From positions 192,001-256,000 of the forward strand of contig CAWCPV010000007.1 in NCBI GenBank assembly GCA_963797555.1: a stretch of DNA of 64,000 bases, in the 5' to 3' direction. A program made the translations under genes and the position numbers. Positions 39,286 to 51,063 of the stretch are shown in pieces; within the stretch, counting starts at the first letter, position 1; each line of letters opens with the position of its first letter. The DNA is from an uncultured Gammaproteobacteria bacterium. GTDB lineage: Bacteria > Pseudomonadota > Gammaproteobacteria > CAWCPV01. The notes beneath the pieces are model-generated. The model was not told the origin of the DNA and did not search any database. It was given only the letters and a program-made list of their open reading frames with translations.

Positions 39286-39635
39286 AGCACGGTACCTTGC
39301 AGTCTATCCCAAACCGCGACGGCCTTGCCAGATACTGCTGCGGGCCTGGAGTTCCGTCCCGACCGCGGTAGGCCCCTGTACCGCAGGGCCTAGCAGTGGC
39401 AGTGCCGCGTGTGCGTGGAGCCCGCCGAGGTGGCGATCCGGGGCCTGGCCTGACGCTGGGGGGGCTCCTTCGGCATGCGCGGTAAGCTTTTGGCACCGCA
39501 GGTGTTCCCTCGGCCTGGGTCGCATGTGGCGTCGGCTTGCTCCGATGCCTTTTCTCGGCGCCGCGCGAGCTTGGACGGTATCCGGCGGACGATGTCCCGC
39601 CGCGACGTGACGCACCGAACTGCCGCTCCTCTGCG

Positions 39636-40513
39636 CTCAAGGCGAGCCCAGCAGAGGGAGCGACTGAGCGTCCAACCGCTTCGCAAGCTTCTTGTATCCG
39701 TCAATGCTCGGATGGATCTCGTTCATCCAGTCTCCGTCTTCACCGAGGCTTCCCAGCTTCGCACGCTTGAGCGTCCCCCGCGTATCGACGACATGGAATT
39801 TCGTAAGGCATGCGGTCCCGTGGCGAGGGCGAGGATCGCCTCGGCAAGCTCGTCGACCAGATAGTCCGAGACGCCGATCCAGTCGGTCTGCGGCACCTGA
39901 GCATCGGTAAGTGCCCTGAACAGCCAGGGGCCGAGAACCGGCACGAGAATAAATCGCGCCTGTGCATTCCGGGGCGTGGGGTAATCATACGTGTGGGTCA
40001 GAATCGGTTTGCCGATCGCGGTGCTATCTGGGGCGTCTCGCAGGGCCACGATGCTCCGGTAGCCAGTCTGAACGTCATCCTTCAGCCGCTGCAGCCTGGC
40101 CTGGTCGCAGTAGTCGGCCGGTCCAGCGGTAGTTGCAGACCGCGCGGCCGGCGGCAGCAGAATATCGTCCGCATCGTCGATCAGGTCGTTGCCGCCCCCG
40201 CTCAGAAGAATCAGATCCCACTGCACTAGCTGCCAAACTTGGGACTTAGCGCGTCCCGGAGCGCCCGGTCCCTGGTGAGCGTGCTCATCCGGCGGATGGT
40301 ATCCCCCGGGAAAGCACAGTTGATGATCACTGTGTTTCCGTCGAAACGCATCGAGAACAGCAGGTTAAACGTTGGGATTCCGCCCAGAGTGAACCAGGAA
40401 TCGCCCTCCGCCAGTATGCGCAAGTCGAAGCTCGAAGAGTCGGGATTGTGCTCAGGGTCAGTCCGGTCCGCCTGGGACCAGCTTATGACCTCGGGGCGCC
40501 ACTTCTTTGCCAT
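39636..40513 (-). CDS. SGNH/GDSL-like hydrolase (frameshifted twice)
   Basis: AEGDSWF, LSGGGND, HTYDYP, NEIHP across three frames. Confidence 0.7.
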
Positions 40514-40714
40514 GTCTTGCTCCTTGCGCGCCGGACGGGCGAACTGTGCCCGCGGTTCCCCCGGACCAGCCAGATGCTGCTCCTCGCCTGACGGCCACCG
40601 TCACGTCGACACCCATCGGTATCAAGCCTCGCCCGGCGGCAACGTTACCGCACGGGGTGCCACGGCCACGCGGCCTTGCGTGCGCGTACGTTGGGGTTTA
40701 TCCACCCATGAGAG

Positions 40715-40927
40715 TAAGCATCCTCCGGCAAAGCCGGAGGCTTCCCCGTCGCTGGCCCCTCAAAGGGGCCTTTCCGCGACGGACAGAAGAACGGCTCCCG
40801 TTCGTGACTCATCGACACATGAAGTGATGCACCAGTCCCTGAGCGGAACCACAAGTCGCCTCAAACAGCCCGACTCCCTGCACTGTCAAACTTTGGATGT
40901 CGCCCCGGCAGAGCCGGGGGTTTTCCC
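40715..40927 (-). mobile_element. MITE-like IS200/IS605 derivative without ORF
   Basis: Left end AAAACCCCCGGCTCTGCCGGGG...GTTTGAC and right end GCCCCTTTGAGGGG...AAGCCTCCGGCTTTGCCGGAGG. Confidence 0.65.
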
Positions 40928-40947
40928 GCCATAATAACAGAGGCTCC

Positions 40948-41280
40948 TCATCGGGGACGCCGTCGAGTCGCAGAGCATACAACCGAAGGCCCATGTCGTC
41001 TCCGCCTATTGTCAGCATTCATCGGAAGCGAGCCGCTTACGATGACCTTGCCCGAGAAGTCCCCCGCCGGATTCAACACGTCGTCGATTCCGAACCAGTG
41101 CACAGCCAACAAGAGGGGATCCGCTTCCTGCGCGGCCTCACTCGAGCGGGCGTCCCGCGCGAGCTTCTTCAGTTTCTCCTTGCTGCGCGCATAGCTGAAT
41201 ACCACCTGATGCCCCGCACGCGCGAAGAGCGTCCCGAGTTTGCCACCCATCAATCCCGAACCTAGAATGCCAACTCGCAT
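40948..41280 (-). pseudogene. F420-dependent NADP oxidoreductase-like, truncated
   Basis: MRVGILGSGLMGGKLG Rossmann motif, LLAVHW; ends near the MITE. Confidence 0.75.
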
Positions 41281-41312
41281 ACTGCTCTCCCTCGCCTTTT
41301 GCTGCCAGCATC

Positions 41313-42444
41313 GGCGTTGTCGACAAAATGCCCGTCGCCTCTTGACAAGGGGGTGCTGAGCGCTTGGAGAGAAGTTGCTGTAGGGCGTATCATCGCGGCC
41401 AACGCGAGCGTTGGGGAGGGAGTGCGATGAGCAGCGGAGCCCAGTAGCAGGAGCGGCGCATTACCAACTGGTCGGAGTACAACAGGGCGCTGACCAACCG
41501 AGGGTCGCTGACCTTTTGGCTGGGTGAGGACCTCTTGGAGTTGTGGTTCAACCGCACGCCCAAGGCTGCGGGCAGCCGAGGGCTGCACCGCACCTTCAGC
41601 GACCACGCCATCCAGAGGTGTCTGACGTTCAAGGCCGTGTTCCACCTCGCCTACCGGCAGACCGAAGGGTTTGTGAACTGCGTGTTTGCTCTGGGTGGAA
41701 TTGGGCTCAAGGCCCCGGACTATACCGCGCTCGCCAAGCGGGCGAAGCATCTTGAAGTGGCCATCCCGGTGCTTGCGCGGGACGAACCGGTGCACGTGGT
41801 GGTGGACTCCACAGGGCTCAAAGTCTACGGAGAAGGTGAGTGGAAGGTGCGCCAACACGGCATCGGCAAGCGGCGCACCTGGCGCAAGCTCCACCTTGCA
41901 GTAGACGCCGAGCGCCACGAGATCCTGGGCGTCGAGCTCACCCGCTTGGAGAGCGCCGACTGCGAGGTGCTCCCCACCCTGCTTCAGCAAAACGCCGACC
42001 AGCCCCTAGCCAGCGTGAGTGGCGACGGCGCCTACGATACTCGTGAGACTTATCGGGAGGCCGAAGCCCGCGGGGCCCGCCGCGGTGGTGCCCCCGCGCC
42101 GCGGGGCGGCGCTCTGGGAGCCCCTGGGCACCCGCGCAACGCCGCGCTCGAGGCTTGCCGCACCCAAGGCCGTTCGGCCTGGAAACGCACCGTCGGCTAT
42201 CACTGGCGCAGTAACGCCGAGACCGCCATGTTTCGCTACAAACAGATCCTCGGCCCCTGCCTCAGCGCCCGTCTGCCACACACCCAGATCACCGAGGCCT
42301 ACGTGGGTGTCTCCGTGCTCAACCGCATGAACAGGCTCGGTCTGCCCAAACGCGCCAAATAGGGGGAAAACCGGGGAAACCCCTCCTGGGGCCAGGCCCA
42401 TAGTACATTTAATGCGCCCATAAATTTATTTGATCGACAACGCC
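41313..42444 (+). mobile_element. IS5 family (IS903 group) element; transposase about 41428-42362 with lesions
   Basis: IRs GGCGTTGTCGA / TCGACAACGCC, 9-bp TSD GCCAGCATC; DSTGLK..GEGEW, WRKLH, DGAYD, RS.AET.M.R.K. Confidence 0.9.
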
Positions 42445-42519
42445 GCCAGCATCTGCCTCGCACGTGTTGCCTTGTTCAGTGAGCTACGGAATGCAACCAG
42501 AGAACACGGTCTTTGCCGC

Positions 42520-43838
42520 TTAGGTGCCTATGCAAAATAACTTGAACATCTCAAGGGCGCGAGTGGGGTTGGGAGACAAGCTGTAGTTCCATTCGCCGTG
42601 AAAGTCACAGCGCGTGATAGCCAGGGTTTTCATGTCTTGGTCCGTGACTTTTCTGCCGGTCTCGTAGCTGCCCTTATCGAGTTCGGCCCGAATGGCAAGC
42701 CCTTGGCGGGTCCGAGTGTGGCTGATCAAGGAGACGATGGCCATTTGGCTGGTCAAGGGACGGCCACGCCAGTTCTCGGTGATGTGACAGAACATGCGGT
42801 GCTCGATCTTGTTCCACTTGCTCGTTCCAGGCGGAAAGTGTCTGATGTGGATAGCGATGCCTAGCTCGTCGGCAAGCTGTTGCAGCATCAGCTTCCACAA
42901 CCGGACTCGGGCGCCATTGCTGCCACCACCGTCGGCGGTGATCAGCATCTCCGAGGCCCGGGGATAGACTTGGCTGCCCATGCGGTACCACCAACGCCGC
43001 AGGGTCTCGACGGAGAATTCCGCCGTGTCGTGGGTAATGCCGCGACTTCCCCAGCCTTCGTTGCGAGCGATGTCGTAGACCCCGTAGGGGATGGCCTTGC
43101 CGAGTTCTTGGTCGACAAAGTCATGCAGGTTGACTTGCTCGGGCTCACCCTTGCGCTGCCATTCTCGGCCACTGTTCTTGAACCGCCCGATGAGATCCTT
43201 CTTTTGGGTATCGACCGAGACCACGGGCAGACCCCGCTGCAGAAAATCACTCACGCTCGCACCGATGAACTCGAACTGCGCGTTGCGATCGGGATGGTCC
43301 GAGCCTTCCCGAGTCTTGCGATTGGACTGCATGCTGTAGCCGAGCTCATCGAGCAGTCTCCACACCGTCGCTTGCGACACCCGATGCCCCCTGTCCCGAA
43401 GCTCTGCCGCCAGCTTGGTCGTGCTCTTGCAAGTCCAGCGCAACGGCGACATCGGATCGCCTCGGGTTACCGGATCGAGCAGTCGATCCAGATCCGAGAG
43501 CAGCGTCTCGTCCTGCTCCTGTTGTCGCTTACGCCCACCGCCGGGTCTTCGAATCCTCCGGCGCTCCTCCACCCGCGCCGCTTCCCGACCAGCTCTCCTC
43601 AGCTCCTGCATCCCCGCGTGTACGGTGGTGCGAGATACACCGGCTGCCTTGGCTACACGGCTCACGCCTCCATACCCCAAAGCCGTCGCCTCGGCTGCCA
43701 GACAGACTCGCAACGAGCGCTCGTCCAATAGCGGTGTGAGTATCCGGTACTTCACCCGCAGGGCATCCTCTGCCACCATGGACCCAGAGCATAGCCAAAA
43801 GCCGGCAACTGTTCAAGTTATTATGCATAGGCGCCTTA
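42520..43838 (-). mobile_element. ISAzo13 family element; transposase 42520-43779
   Basis: IRs AGGTGCCTATGCAAAATAACTTGAACA / TGTTCAAGTTATTATGCATAGGCGCCT; GDPMSPLRWT.KS, SVDT.KK, ADGGGSNG, GTSKWNKIEHR. Confidence 0.92.
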
Positions 43839-43937
43839 GCGACCGGTCATTTGCTCCAGGTTTTCTGGGTACCGAGCCCCTTGCACCGTGATCTTTGAGG
43901 AGGCGCTGTCGATCTCACGGAGATCGGCGGGGGTAAG

Positions 43938-45409
43938 TTAGACAGCGGTGGCTCCAATATTTTCCTCCAGGCGCTCCAGCTTGCGGGTGCCTGGGATTGG
44001 AACAATGATGTGGCTCCGATTCTCTGAACAGAGGAATCGATTTTGTAGATGGTGAACCGCGGGTGCAGAGTTATCCACGGGGCCGCCGCCCGCCCTTCTC
44101 AGGCGGGAGGCGAGCGGCCCGGTGGGTAACTCGCGTTCAGGCTGCGAGCTTTTCGTCTTGCTGCCCATAATACACGGCGTCCGGTGTCTGGTCTCCTAGC
44201 CCTTGATGCCGGCGTCGTTGATTGTAGAAAGTGAAGTACCGGCCGAGTTGGCGCTTGGCGTCCAGGATCGACTCGTACGCCTTCAGATACACTTCTTCGT
44301 ACTTCACGCTGCGCCACAGCCTCTCGACAAAAACGTTATCTATCCAGCGCCCGCGTCCGTCCATACTGATGCGGATGTCATGAGCCAGGAGCGCGCTCGT
44401 GAAATCCTTGTCGGTGAACTGGCTGCCCTGGTCGGTATTGAAGATCTCGGGGCGTCCGTGGAGCATGAGCGCCTCTTCCAGCGCCTCCATACAGAAGGAG
44501 GTGTCCATGCAGTTGGAAAGCCGCCAGGCCAGCACCCGGCGCGAGCACCAATCGATGATCGCCACCAGATAGGCAAAGCCCTTGGCCAGGGGAATGTACG
44601 TGATGTCCGTAGCCCAGACCTGGTTGGGTCGGGTGACCACTACATCACGCTAGCCAAGTAGGGCCATACCTTGTGGCCGGGGTGCGCATCCGAGAGCCGC
44701 GGCTTGCGGTACAACGCCTCGATTCCCATCTTGTCCCTCAATGTCTGGACGTGGCGCCGGCCGACCTCGAAGCCCTCGTCGCGCAACGCCCCGCGCATGC
44801 GCCGGCTGCCATAGAACGGGTGCTTTAGGTGCAGCTCGTCGATTGCCCGCATCAGCGCCAGATCCCGCGCCGACACCGCCACCGCCCGGTAGTACTGGGA
44901 TGAGCGCGAGAGCCCCAGGAGCTGGCACTGCCGCGTCAGCGGCAATTCGGCCACCTTGTCGATCATCGCTTTGTCGCATCGCCGATGCGACCGAGCGCGA
45001 CGGACAAAAAATCGTTCTCCAGCGTCAGCTGCCCGATCTTCGCCTGCATGTCCTTCACCGACGGCCCCGATTCGGACTTGCGTTCCCGCTCGAACACCTC
45101 GTCAGCGCGGCTCTGCAACTGCTGCTTCCACGCCAGGATCTGACTCTGATGAACCTGAAACTGCGCCGATAACTCCGCCAAGGTCTTGTCGCCCTTGATC
45201 GCCGCCAGTGCCACCCTTGCCTTGAATCCCGCTCCATGATTGCGCCTCTTGCCACTCATTTGCCGCTCCTCTCAATAGCATCGCCATGATAAAGCGGTTC
45301 ATCCCCTACCACTTATCCCGCCGTACAGATTTCCGGAGCCAGCTCTCAATCCACGGCTTCTGGGCAAGCAGCCAAGCGAGCGCTATCTGAGCAGGTGTCG
45401 CCTTCTTTC
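43938..45409 (-). pseudogene. Aldo/keto reductase C-terminal remnant split by IS3
   Basis: KKATPAQIALAWLLAQKPW (45409-45349) joins IVPIPGTRKLERLEENIGA (44005-43938). Confidence 0.8.
44006..45348 (-). mobile_element. IS3 family element (orfA 44963-45259, orfB 44137-44966)
   Basis: TG...CA ends with TGGCTCCG IR; orfA FKARVALAAIKG...ENDFL; orfB WATDITYIP, NTDQGSQFT, DNVFVERLWRSVKYE. Confidence 0.92.
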
Positions 45410-46057
45410 GGCTCTTTCGGCAATTGTGTGGGTGGTGGTAGTCAAGTAGCATCTGTTCTGACCGGTCGCTTATCACAGCATCTTGTGGTTGGGGTGGTGG
45501 GCGAGAGGCCCTCGCGTGGGGCCGCTCCGCAGGACTCGTCCATAAATCCACAGGCCGTCATCCAAGGGGGGGAGCACCGTGCAGCCCACGCATCTGTTTA
45601 GCACGGCACTGGGCCTGACGGCGCCTTGGGAAGTCACCGAGGTGCGGTTCGACCCCGAGGCTGGGCGCATCGACCTCGATGTGGCGTTTGCCAAGGGCAG
45701 CCGCTTTGCCTGCCCGGCCTGCGGAGTGCAAGGCCAGGCGGTGCACGACACCCGGGAGCGCAGTTGGCAGCACCTGAGCTTCTTTAAGTCACGGGCATAC
45801 CTGCACGCGCATCTGCCGCGAGTGCGCTGCGAGGCCTGCGGCAAGACGACCCAGGTGGAACCGCCGTGGGCGCGCGCCCACAGTGGCTTCACGGCGCTGA
45901 TGGAGGCGCTGGTGGTCACGCTGTGCCAGGCCATGCCGGTGGCGACCGTGGCTCGGCACCTGGGTGTGGGCGATGAGCGCCTGTGGGGGGTGCTCGATCG
46001 CTAGCTCAGAACGGATGCTACTCGACCACCACGATCCACACAATTACCGAAAGAGCC
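45410..46057 (+). mobile_element. ISL3 family element, internally deleted
   Basis: Ends GGCTCTTTCGGCAATTG / CAATTACCGAAAGAGCC; ORF 45579-46004 keeps CPACG and PRVRCEACG Zn fingers but no DDE. Confidence 0.85.
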
Positions 46058-46162
46058 TAATTATCTTGTTTGCGATCGGTGGGTTTCTCCTGACAATGCT
46101 GGATGCCGGTGTTCGCGAACCCACATCGCAGTGAAATGCCAAACGACGGTTAGACTGGCGCC

Positions 46163-46642
46163 ATGGCAAGGTCCCGGCTCGTGAACCGAGGCGCCGTGCG
46201 GCGCGAAGGCTATTGGCTGCTTCTCTTGCCGTGCCTGCTGTCGGCCTGTGCATCCACGTCCACCGACGACCTCTGGCTGTATCCCGCCGCGGGTGCGCCC
46301 CAACAGGACGTCCTCAAGGCCCGGCTCACGCGATCGTGCCGCGTCGGAAACTGCCCCGTCCAGCACGCGACCTTGGCGATGCCGGACGGTGAAGTGCTGG
46401 AAGGAGAGATCAGAATGCTTTCCGCTGGCACCGACGTGGAAGTCGTTTCCCGCGCCCCCAGCGGACCGTTGGGTCCTCCCGGCCCGACACCGGGCCGCTC
46501 GGCTGGGCTCCGAGCGACCATGACGGTCCACGACAGGCGCAACACCGAAATGCGTTGCGAGATGACCCTGGCGCGCGCCGGCCGGCACGGTGTGGGCTTC
46601 TGCTGGAACTCTCGCGGTTCCGTCTTTCGGGCTGAGTTCTAG
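46163..46642 (+). CDS. Hypothetical lipoprotein
   Basis: LLSAC lipobox; C-terminal CE......HGVGFC....G..FR..F. Confidence 0.6.
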   Translation: MARSRLVNRGAVRREGYWLLLLPCLLSACASTSTDDLWLYPAAGAPQQDVLKARLTRSCRVGNCPVQHATLAMPDGEVLEGEIRMLSAGTDVEVVSRAPSGPLGPPGPTPGRSAGLRATMTVHDRRNTEMRCEMTLARAGRHGVGFCWNSRGSVFRAEF

Positions 46643-46651
46643 TACCTTATT

Positions 46652-47275
46652 TCACCTCGATTTTTGGTATAAACGCTGGAGTCTGATGCGAACAACGTCG
46701 GCCCTGAGTATGGCCGCTTGCTTGAGACCCTCCGCCTCCAGGATGTTGGCGCGCTTCTCCCGCTCGGCCTTCATCTGCCGCGCCGTGGCGGCTACGAGGT
46801 CTGCCGGGGGTGCGATCTCCATGATCTCGATGCGCGTGACCTTCACGCCCCAAGGAGTGGTCGCCTCATCCACCACCGTCAGCAGCTTCGCATTGATCTC
46901 GTCACGTTTTGACAGCAACTCGTCGAGATCCATCGAGCCCATGACCGTGCGGATGTTGGTCATGGTGAGGTTGGTGATGGCGAGCTGCAATTGGTTCACC
47001 TCGTAGGCGGCCTTGGCGGCGTCCAGCACTTGGAAAAACACCACGCCGTCCACCTCGACTATGGCGTTGTCGCGGGTGATGACGTCCTGGGACGGCACGT
47101 TCAGTACCTGCTCCATCATGTTCATCTTGCGTCCGACGCGGTCGATGAGCGGGACGATCAGGTGCAGGCCCGGCGGCAAGGTGTTCGTGTAGCGCCCAAA
47201 CCGCTCGACCGTATACTCCATGCCTTGTGGCACGGACTTGATCCCTTGGAACACAAGTACCAGGGCCAGTGCCGG
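46652..47275 (-). pseudogene. SPFH/band 7 (QmcA-like) protein, truncated
   Basis: [13 protein letters not shown]...[45 protein letters not shown]; both ends damaged. Confidence 0.8.
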
Positions 47276-47394
47276 TGTCCTTCTCCCATGACAGTTGCAG
47301 TCCTGCTCGACCACTGCGCCGGTTGCAGGCCGCATCGGGCGCAAGCATAACGGTTCGCGGGGCCGCTCGCGACGATCTCTTCACAGGCTCCGAT

Positions 47395-48810
47395 TCAGGG
47401 GATCTCCAGAGCGACGAAGTGCAGTTGCCCGTTACGCTCGATCTGCAAGGCCACCGCGTCGCCCGCCTTCATGCTGCTCAGCAGCTCGCGCAGGCGTGCT
47501 GTGCTTGAGACCCGCTCGCGGTTCACGCGGTAGATGATGTCGCCGGCCTTCAGGTCTTCCTCGAATGCCGGTCCCTCCTCCAGGGTGGCGGCCACCAGCA
47601 CGCCCCCGGTCCCGCGCGTTTGGTTGAGCTGTTCGCCCAATCGATGGTCTACGTCCATGACGAAGATTCCGAGCTGAGGAACGAGGTTCCGCTCGTCGAT
47701 GGCCGCCGCGACTGTGGCGGACTCGGACGCTCGCTTGCGCGCTTCGACGGCAAACGGAAGTTTACGTCCGTCGCGCAGGATGTTTAGCTGCAGCGTCGAC
47801 CCGATGGGGGCGCCGTAGAGACTGAGGTTGAGCTGCGGGAGATTCACCACAGGCTTCCCCTCGATGGAGTCGATGACGTTGCCGGGCTGTATGCCGGCCT
47901 TCTGCGCCGCGCTATCTGGCTCCACATCCCGCACCATCACGCCGGCGGTCGTCGGTAGTGCCCAGGCGGCTGCGAGCGTCGGGGTGACCGTGCGCGCCTC
48001 GATACCGATGTCGCTGCGGACGACGCGCCCGCTCCGCCGCAGTTGCCGCACCACGGCGGAGACCAGGTTGCTCGGGACTGCGAATCCGAGCCCTTCATTT
48101 CCGCCGGATTGCGAGAGAATGAGTGTATTGATCCCCACCACTCGTCCCGCCGAATCCACGAGTGGCCCGCCGCTGCTCCCCGGATTGATGGGCGCGTCCG
48201 TCTGAATGTAAGCGATCGGATCCTCTGGATTGAACTGTCTGGCGGTCGAGCTGACGACGCCGAAGCTCACGGAGTCTTGCAAGCCCATCGGACTTCCGAA
48301 TGCCAGCACCACCTGTCCCTGCTGGACCTGGTCAGAATCCCCCAGCGGGAGGTAGGGGAGCCCTGCCTGCGCCACCTCGAGGAGTGCGACGTTGGCATCG
48401 GAGTCCAGGCCCACGACTCGCGCGGGCAAGACCTTTCCTCCGCCCGGGCTCCAATGGCCCAGCGCCGATGCAAGGGCCGTGGAGGGGAGGGTCACCTGCG
48501 CGTGATCGGAGCCGGCCACGACGTGGGCGTTGGTGACGATGTATCCGGCCGGGTCGATGATAACTCCCGAGCCGGAGATCTGCTCTCGGCTCACCACTCC
48601 CTGCTCCGCATTGTCCTCATCCGGCTCGCGGAAGCCCATGGTCACCACCTTAACCACGCAAGGATGGACCCTTCGGGCGAGCTCTTGGACGGACTGGCTC
48701 AGCGCTTGCAGCGATGCCCGCTCAGGCACGGGCGAGTCCAATGGTTCCCCGCAAGTGACGCCCGCAATGAGGAGGGCCAGGAGGGGCAGGCCAATCGCCG
48801 TGGGTCTCAT
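47395..48810 (-). CDS. HtrA/DegP-like serine protease with two PDZ domains
   Basis: GSGVII, VTNAHV, IQTDAPINPGSSGGPL, GLGFAVP, two PDZ-like C-terminal regions. Confidence 0.9.
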   Translation of the reverse strand: MRPTAIGLPLLALLIAGVTCGEPLDSPVPERASLQALSQSVQELARRVHPCVVKVVTMGFREPDEDNAEQGVVSREQISGSGVIIDPAGYIVTNAHVVAGSDHAQVTLPSTALASALGHWSPGGGKVLPARVVGLDSDANVALLEVAQAGLPYLPLGDSDQVQQGQVVLAFGSPMGLQDSVSFGVVSSTARQFNPEDPIAYIQTDAPINPGSSGGPLVDSAGRVVGINTLILSQSGGNEGLGFAVPSNLVSAVVRQLRRSGRVVRSDIGIEARTVTPTLAAAWALPTTAGVMVRDVEPDSAAQKAGIQPGNVIDSIEGKPVVNLPQLNLSLYGAPIGSTLQLNILRDGRKLPFAVEARKRASESATVAAAIDERNLVPQLGIFVMDVDHRLGEQLNQTRGTGGVLVAATLEEGPAFEEDLKAGDIIYRVNRERVSSTARLRELLSSMKAGDAVALQIERNGQLHFVALEIP

Positions 48811-49689
48811 TGCGGTCTTCACGAGGCGTGGAGCATCGGCCAGGGAGCGGATCCCACCAGGATGGTGCTGGGACCTCGCTGGCTCGTTGCGCTCATGTCA
48901 GGGCGCGGCGCCATCTCGTGGCAGCCCCTCCAATGCGCCGTGCAGGCCCCCTCCTGCGGCCGACAAGCGGCGAGAGGCACGGCAGCGTTTGGGATCACGG
49001 GGCGAAATCCCGACGGCGAAGCCCCGCGCCTCGTTGCGCGGAGCAATGGCGCGGTTCGACGGCGCGGCTTCGGCCTCGCCGAAGAGGCGTCTGTACGGAA
49101 TAAATGGTCCAGGGTTGGCACGGCGGTCTGGCCTCGCGGCTTTGCACTTTGGCGGAGTTCGTGGGTGGAGGGTATTTTCCTCTCAACACCTGTCTCCTGC
49201 CAGGGCTGTCGGCACGGAGATAGCCAGTGCAGCGGCGCACCGGACCGATGGCTCGGCGGGATACATCGCCGCCAGTGGCCGATGGAGGCTGTCCAGCAGC
49301 TTCTGGCAGGCCGCAGGCCGTTGTATCCACGACCAGCTGACCGAGGTCAAAGAGCCACAGGGGAATGCAACTGCTTCGTGCCCGGCCGGACCACCTCGAC
49401 CGAGATCGCGTGAATAGGTTGTACGCCACCCCTTGGGGCATCCCGCGGACGTGCCGAATGGTGGTCCTGCCATTCGGTCGCTCCTCGGCTATTCTACGGG
49501 GTGCTCCTTGCCGCCGCGCTCCGTGCGCCACGCTCTCGCGCCCCTCGCGGCGATTTCAACACAAGCTCTGAGGCCGTCGTCGGCCCGCGGATGCTCCGCT
49601 CGGGAAGCCGCAATTGACTGCGCCGGCGCGCCGCTTTGCAAGCATCCGCATCGACGCCTGCCGCACGCTAGCGGAAATGATAGGCGAGC

Positions 49690-50547
49690 GCCAAATTGAC
49701 GCTTACATCCTCGATGGGAAATTCTGTTTTGCCTTGGCATGTTCGTGGGACCCCGCAGGCTGTAGGAAGACAAGAAGTTGTTGTACCGCGCCAAAATGCT
49801 CATAGACCAGCGGTCCCCGAACCGCCACCCCGCTCCGGCCTCGACCTCCACGCCGACGGCGACGTTGCTCGACCAGCCGAGATTCCGTTGATTGCCGAGG
49901 GAAGTGAACTCGGGCACTCCATTGACAAGCCTGACGTTGTCGAAGCGTACGATGGCTTTCTGGGAGGCAAAATTGACCGACGGTCCCACGCCCACCTCCA
50001 GCTTCCCATCCGGCGCCTCACCGTCGGCAAGCCATCCATGGCGGATTTTGAGCAGGATGCCGACGGAATCGAGCGACCCGATGCTGTGCAAGGTGCTGTC
50101 GCCCGAAAGATTGGTGTCCCGTTGTCCCGGACTGGAGAGAACCTCCGAGTAGCTTCCGGGACTCGACCCGAGGCCGAGGTCCTGGTGACTGTAGTCGAAG
50201 GACACGCCGAGATTCTTCGCCCAAGCACCGAGGAAGCTGAACCACGTTCCTAGAGTCGCCCCATACGCCACAGCGGCGTCCGGTGTTGCGCGGCTGCCGG
50301 GGTCCGCGGTGGTGGTCAGGGGGGATGCGGAAACGGCGGCGACTTCGCCGGGCGTGACCTTCGCGGTCGAAGCGGGCCCCACGCCCCCGACGCCGATGCG
50401 CACCTCTGCGAAGACCCTATCGAGGTCCGTCAAGACTGCCGGCGTGCCCGTCGAGACGTCCCCGGTTCTCTGGGCCAAGACCGCAGGCGCCCCGCCCAGG
50501 GGAAGGGCGGATAGGAGAGCCATGGCACCACGGATCGGGGCTTTCAT
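49690..50547 (-). CDS. Secreted/outer-membrane beta-barrel-like hypothetical protein
   Basis: Signal peptide, alternating beta-strand pattern (GVSFDY, EVGVGP, EVEAGAGWRF); 3' end uncertain. Confidence 0.5.
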
Positions 50548-51063
50548 GGTTTTCCTCAGTGCTCAGGCGAGTGGTCCACCGCCTCCGGAGTCGCTCCTGG
50601 GGAATCACAGGACAGCCTGCGGGTCGCGCCTGCCGGAGACGCCAGGGTAGCAATTGCCGCTGCGGCTCGCTGCGCGCGGACGGAGCACCTCGCTGGCGCC
50701 GGGTTTGCGGCGCTCGTATGGTTGGAGAGGAAAGAGAGCCAGCGTGCACTCTAGCGAGTCGTTCCGTTCGAGTGCTATCGGGGAGATCCCTGGGCGAGTC
50801 GAGGGTTAACCCTTTGCACGGGCGGCGTGTGGGAGCCCGAAGTGGGGGCGCTCGTGGCGCGCCGAACGAAGCTGTAGGCTGTGCAGCGGCGCGGGAAACG
50901 GCATTGGGCTTGGCTTGGCGTGACGGCAGCGGCGAGTGGCCGCCGCGGCGGGGGCCGTCAGGAGCCCGACAAGGGCTCACCCATGCCGTCGCCTGGCTAG
51001 TGGTCCGGGTCGACGCGACCGTGTGGAGTGGCTATTCTGTTCCGCAATAGGCTTGCGCGCTGC

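Noticed and set aside
40226-40228. Stop-codon readthrough in the SGNH gene
   Set aside because: The downstream part is in a different frame, so it is an indel rather than recoding
48830-49480. Coding gene or structured RNA between htrA and the beta-barrel-like gene
   Set aside because: No recognisable motif or convincing frame; cannot be supported
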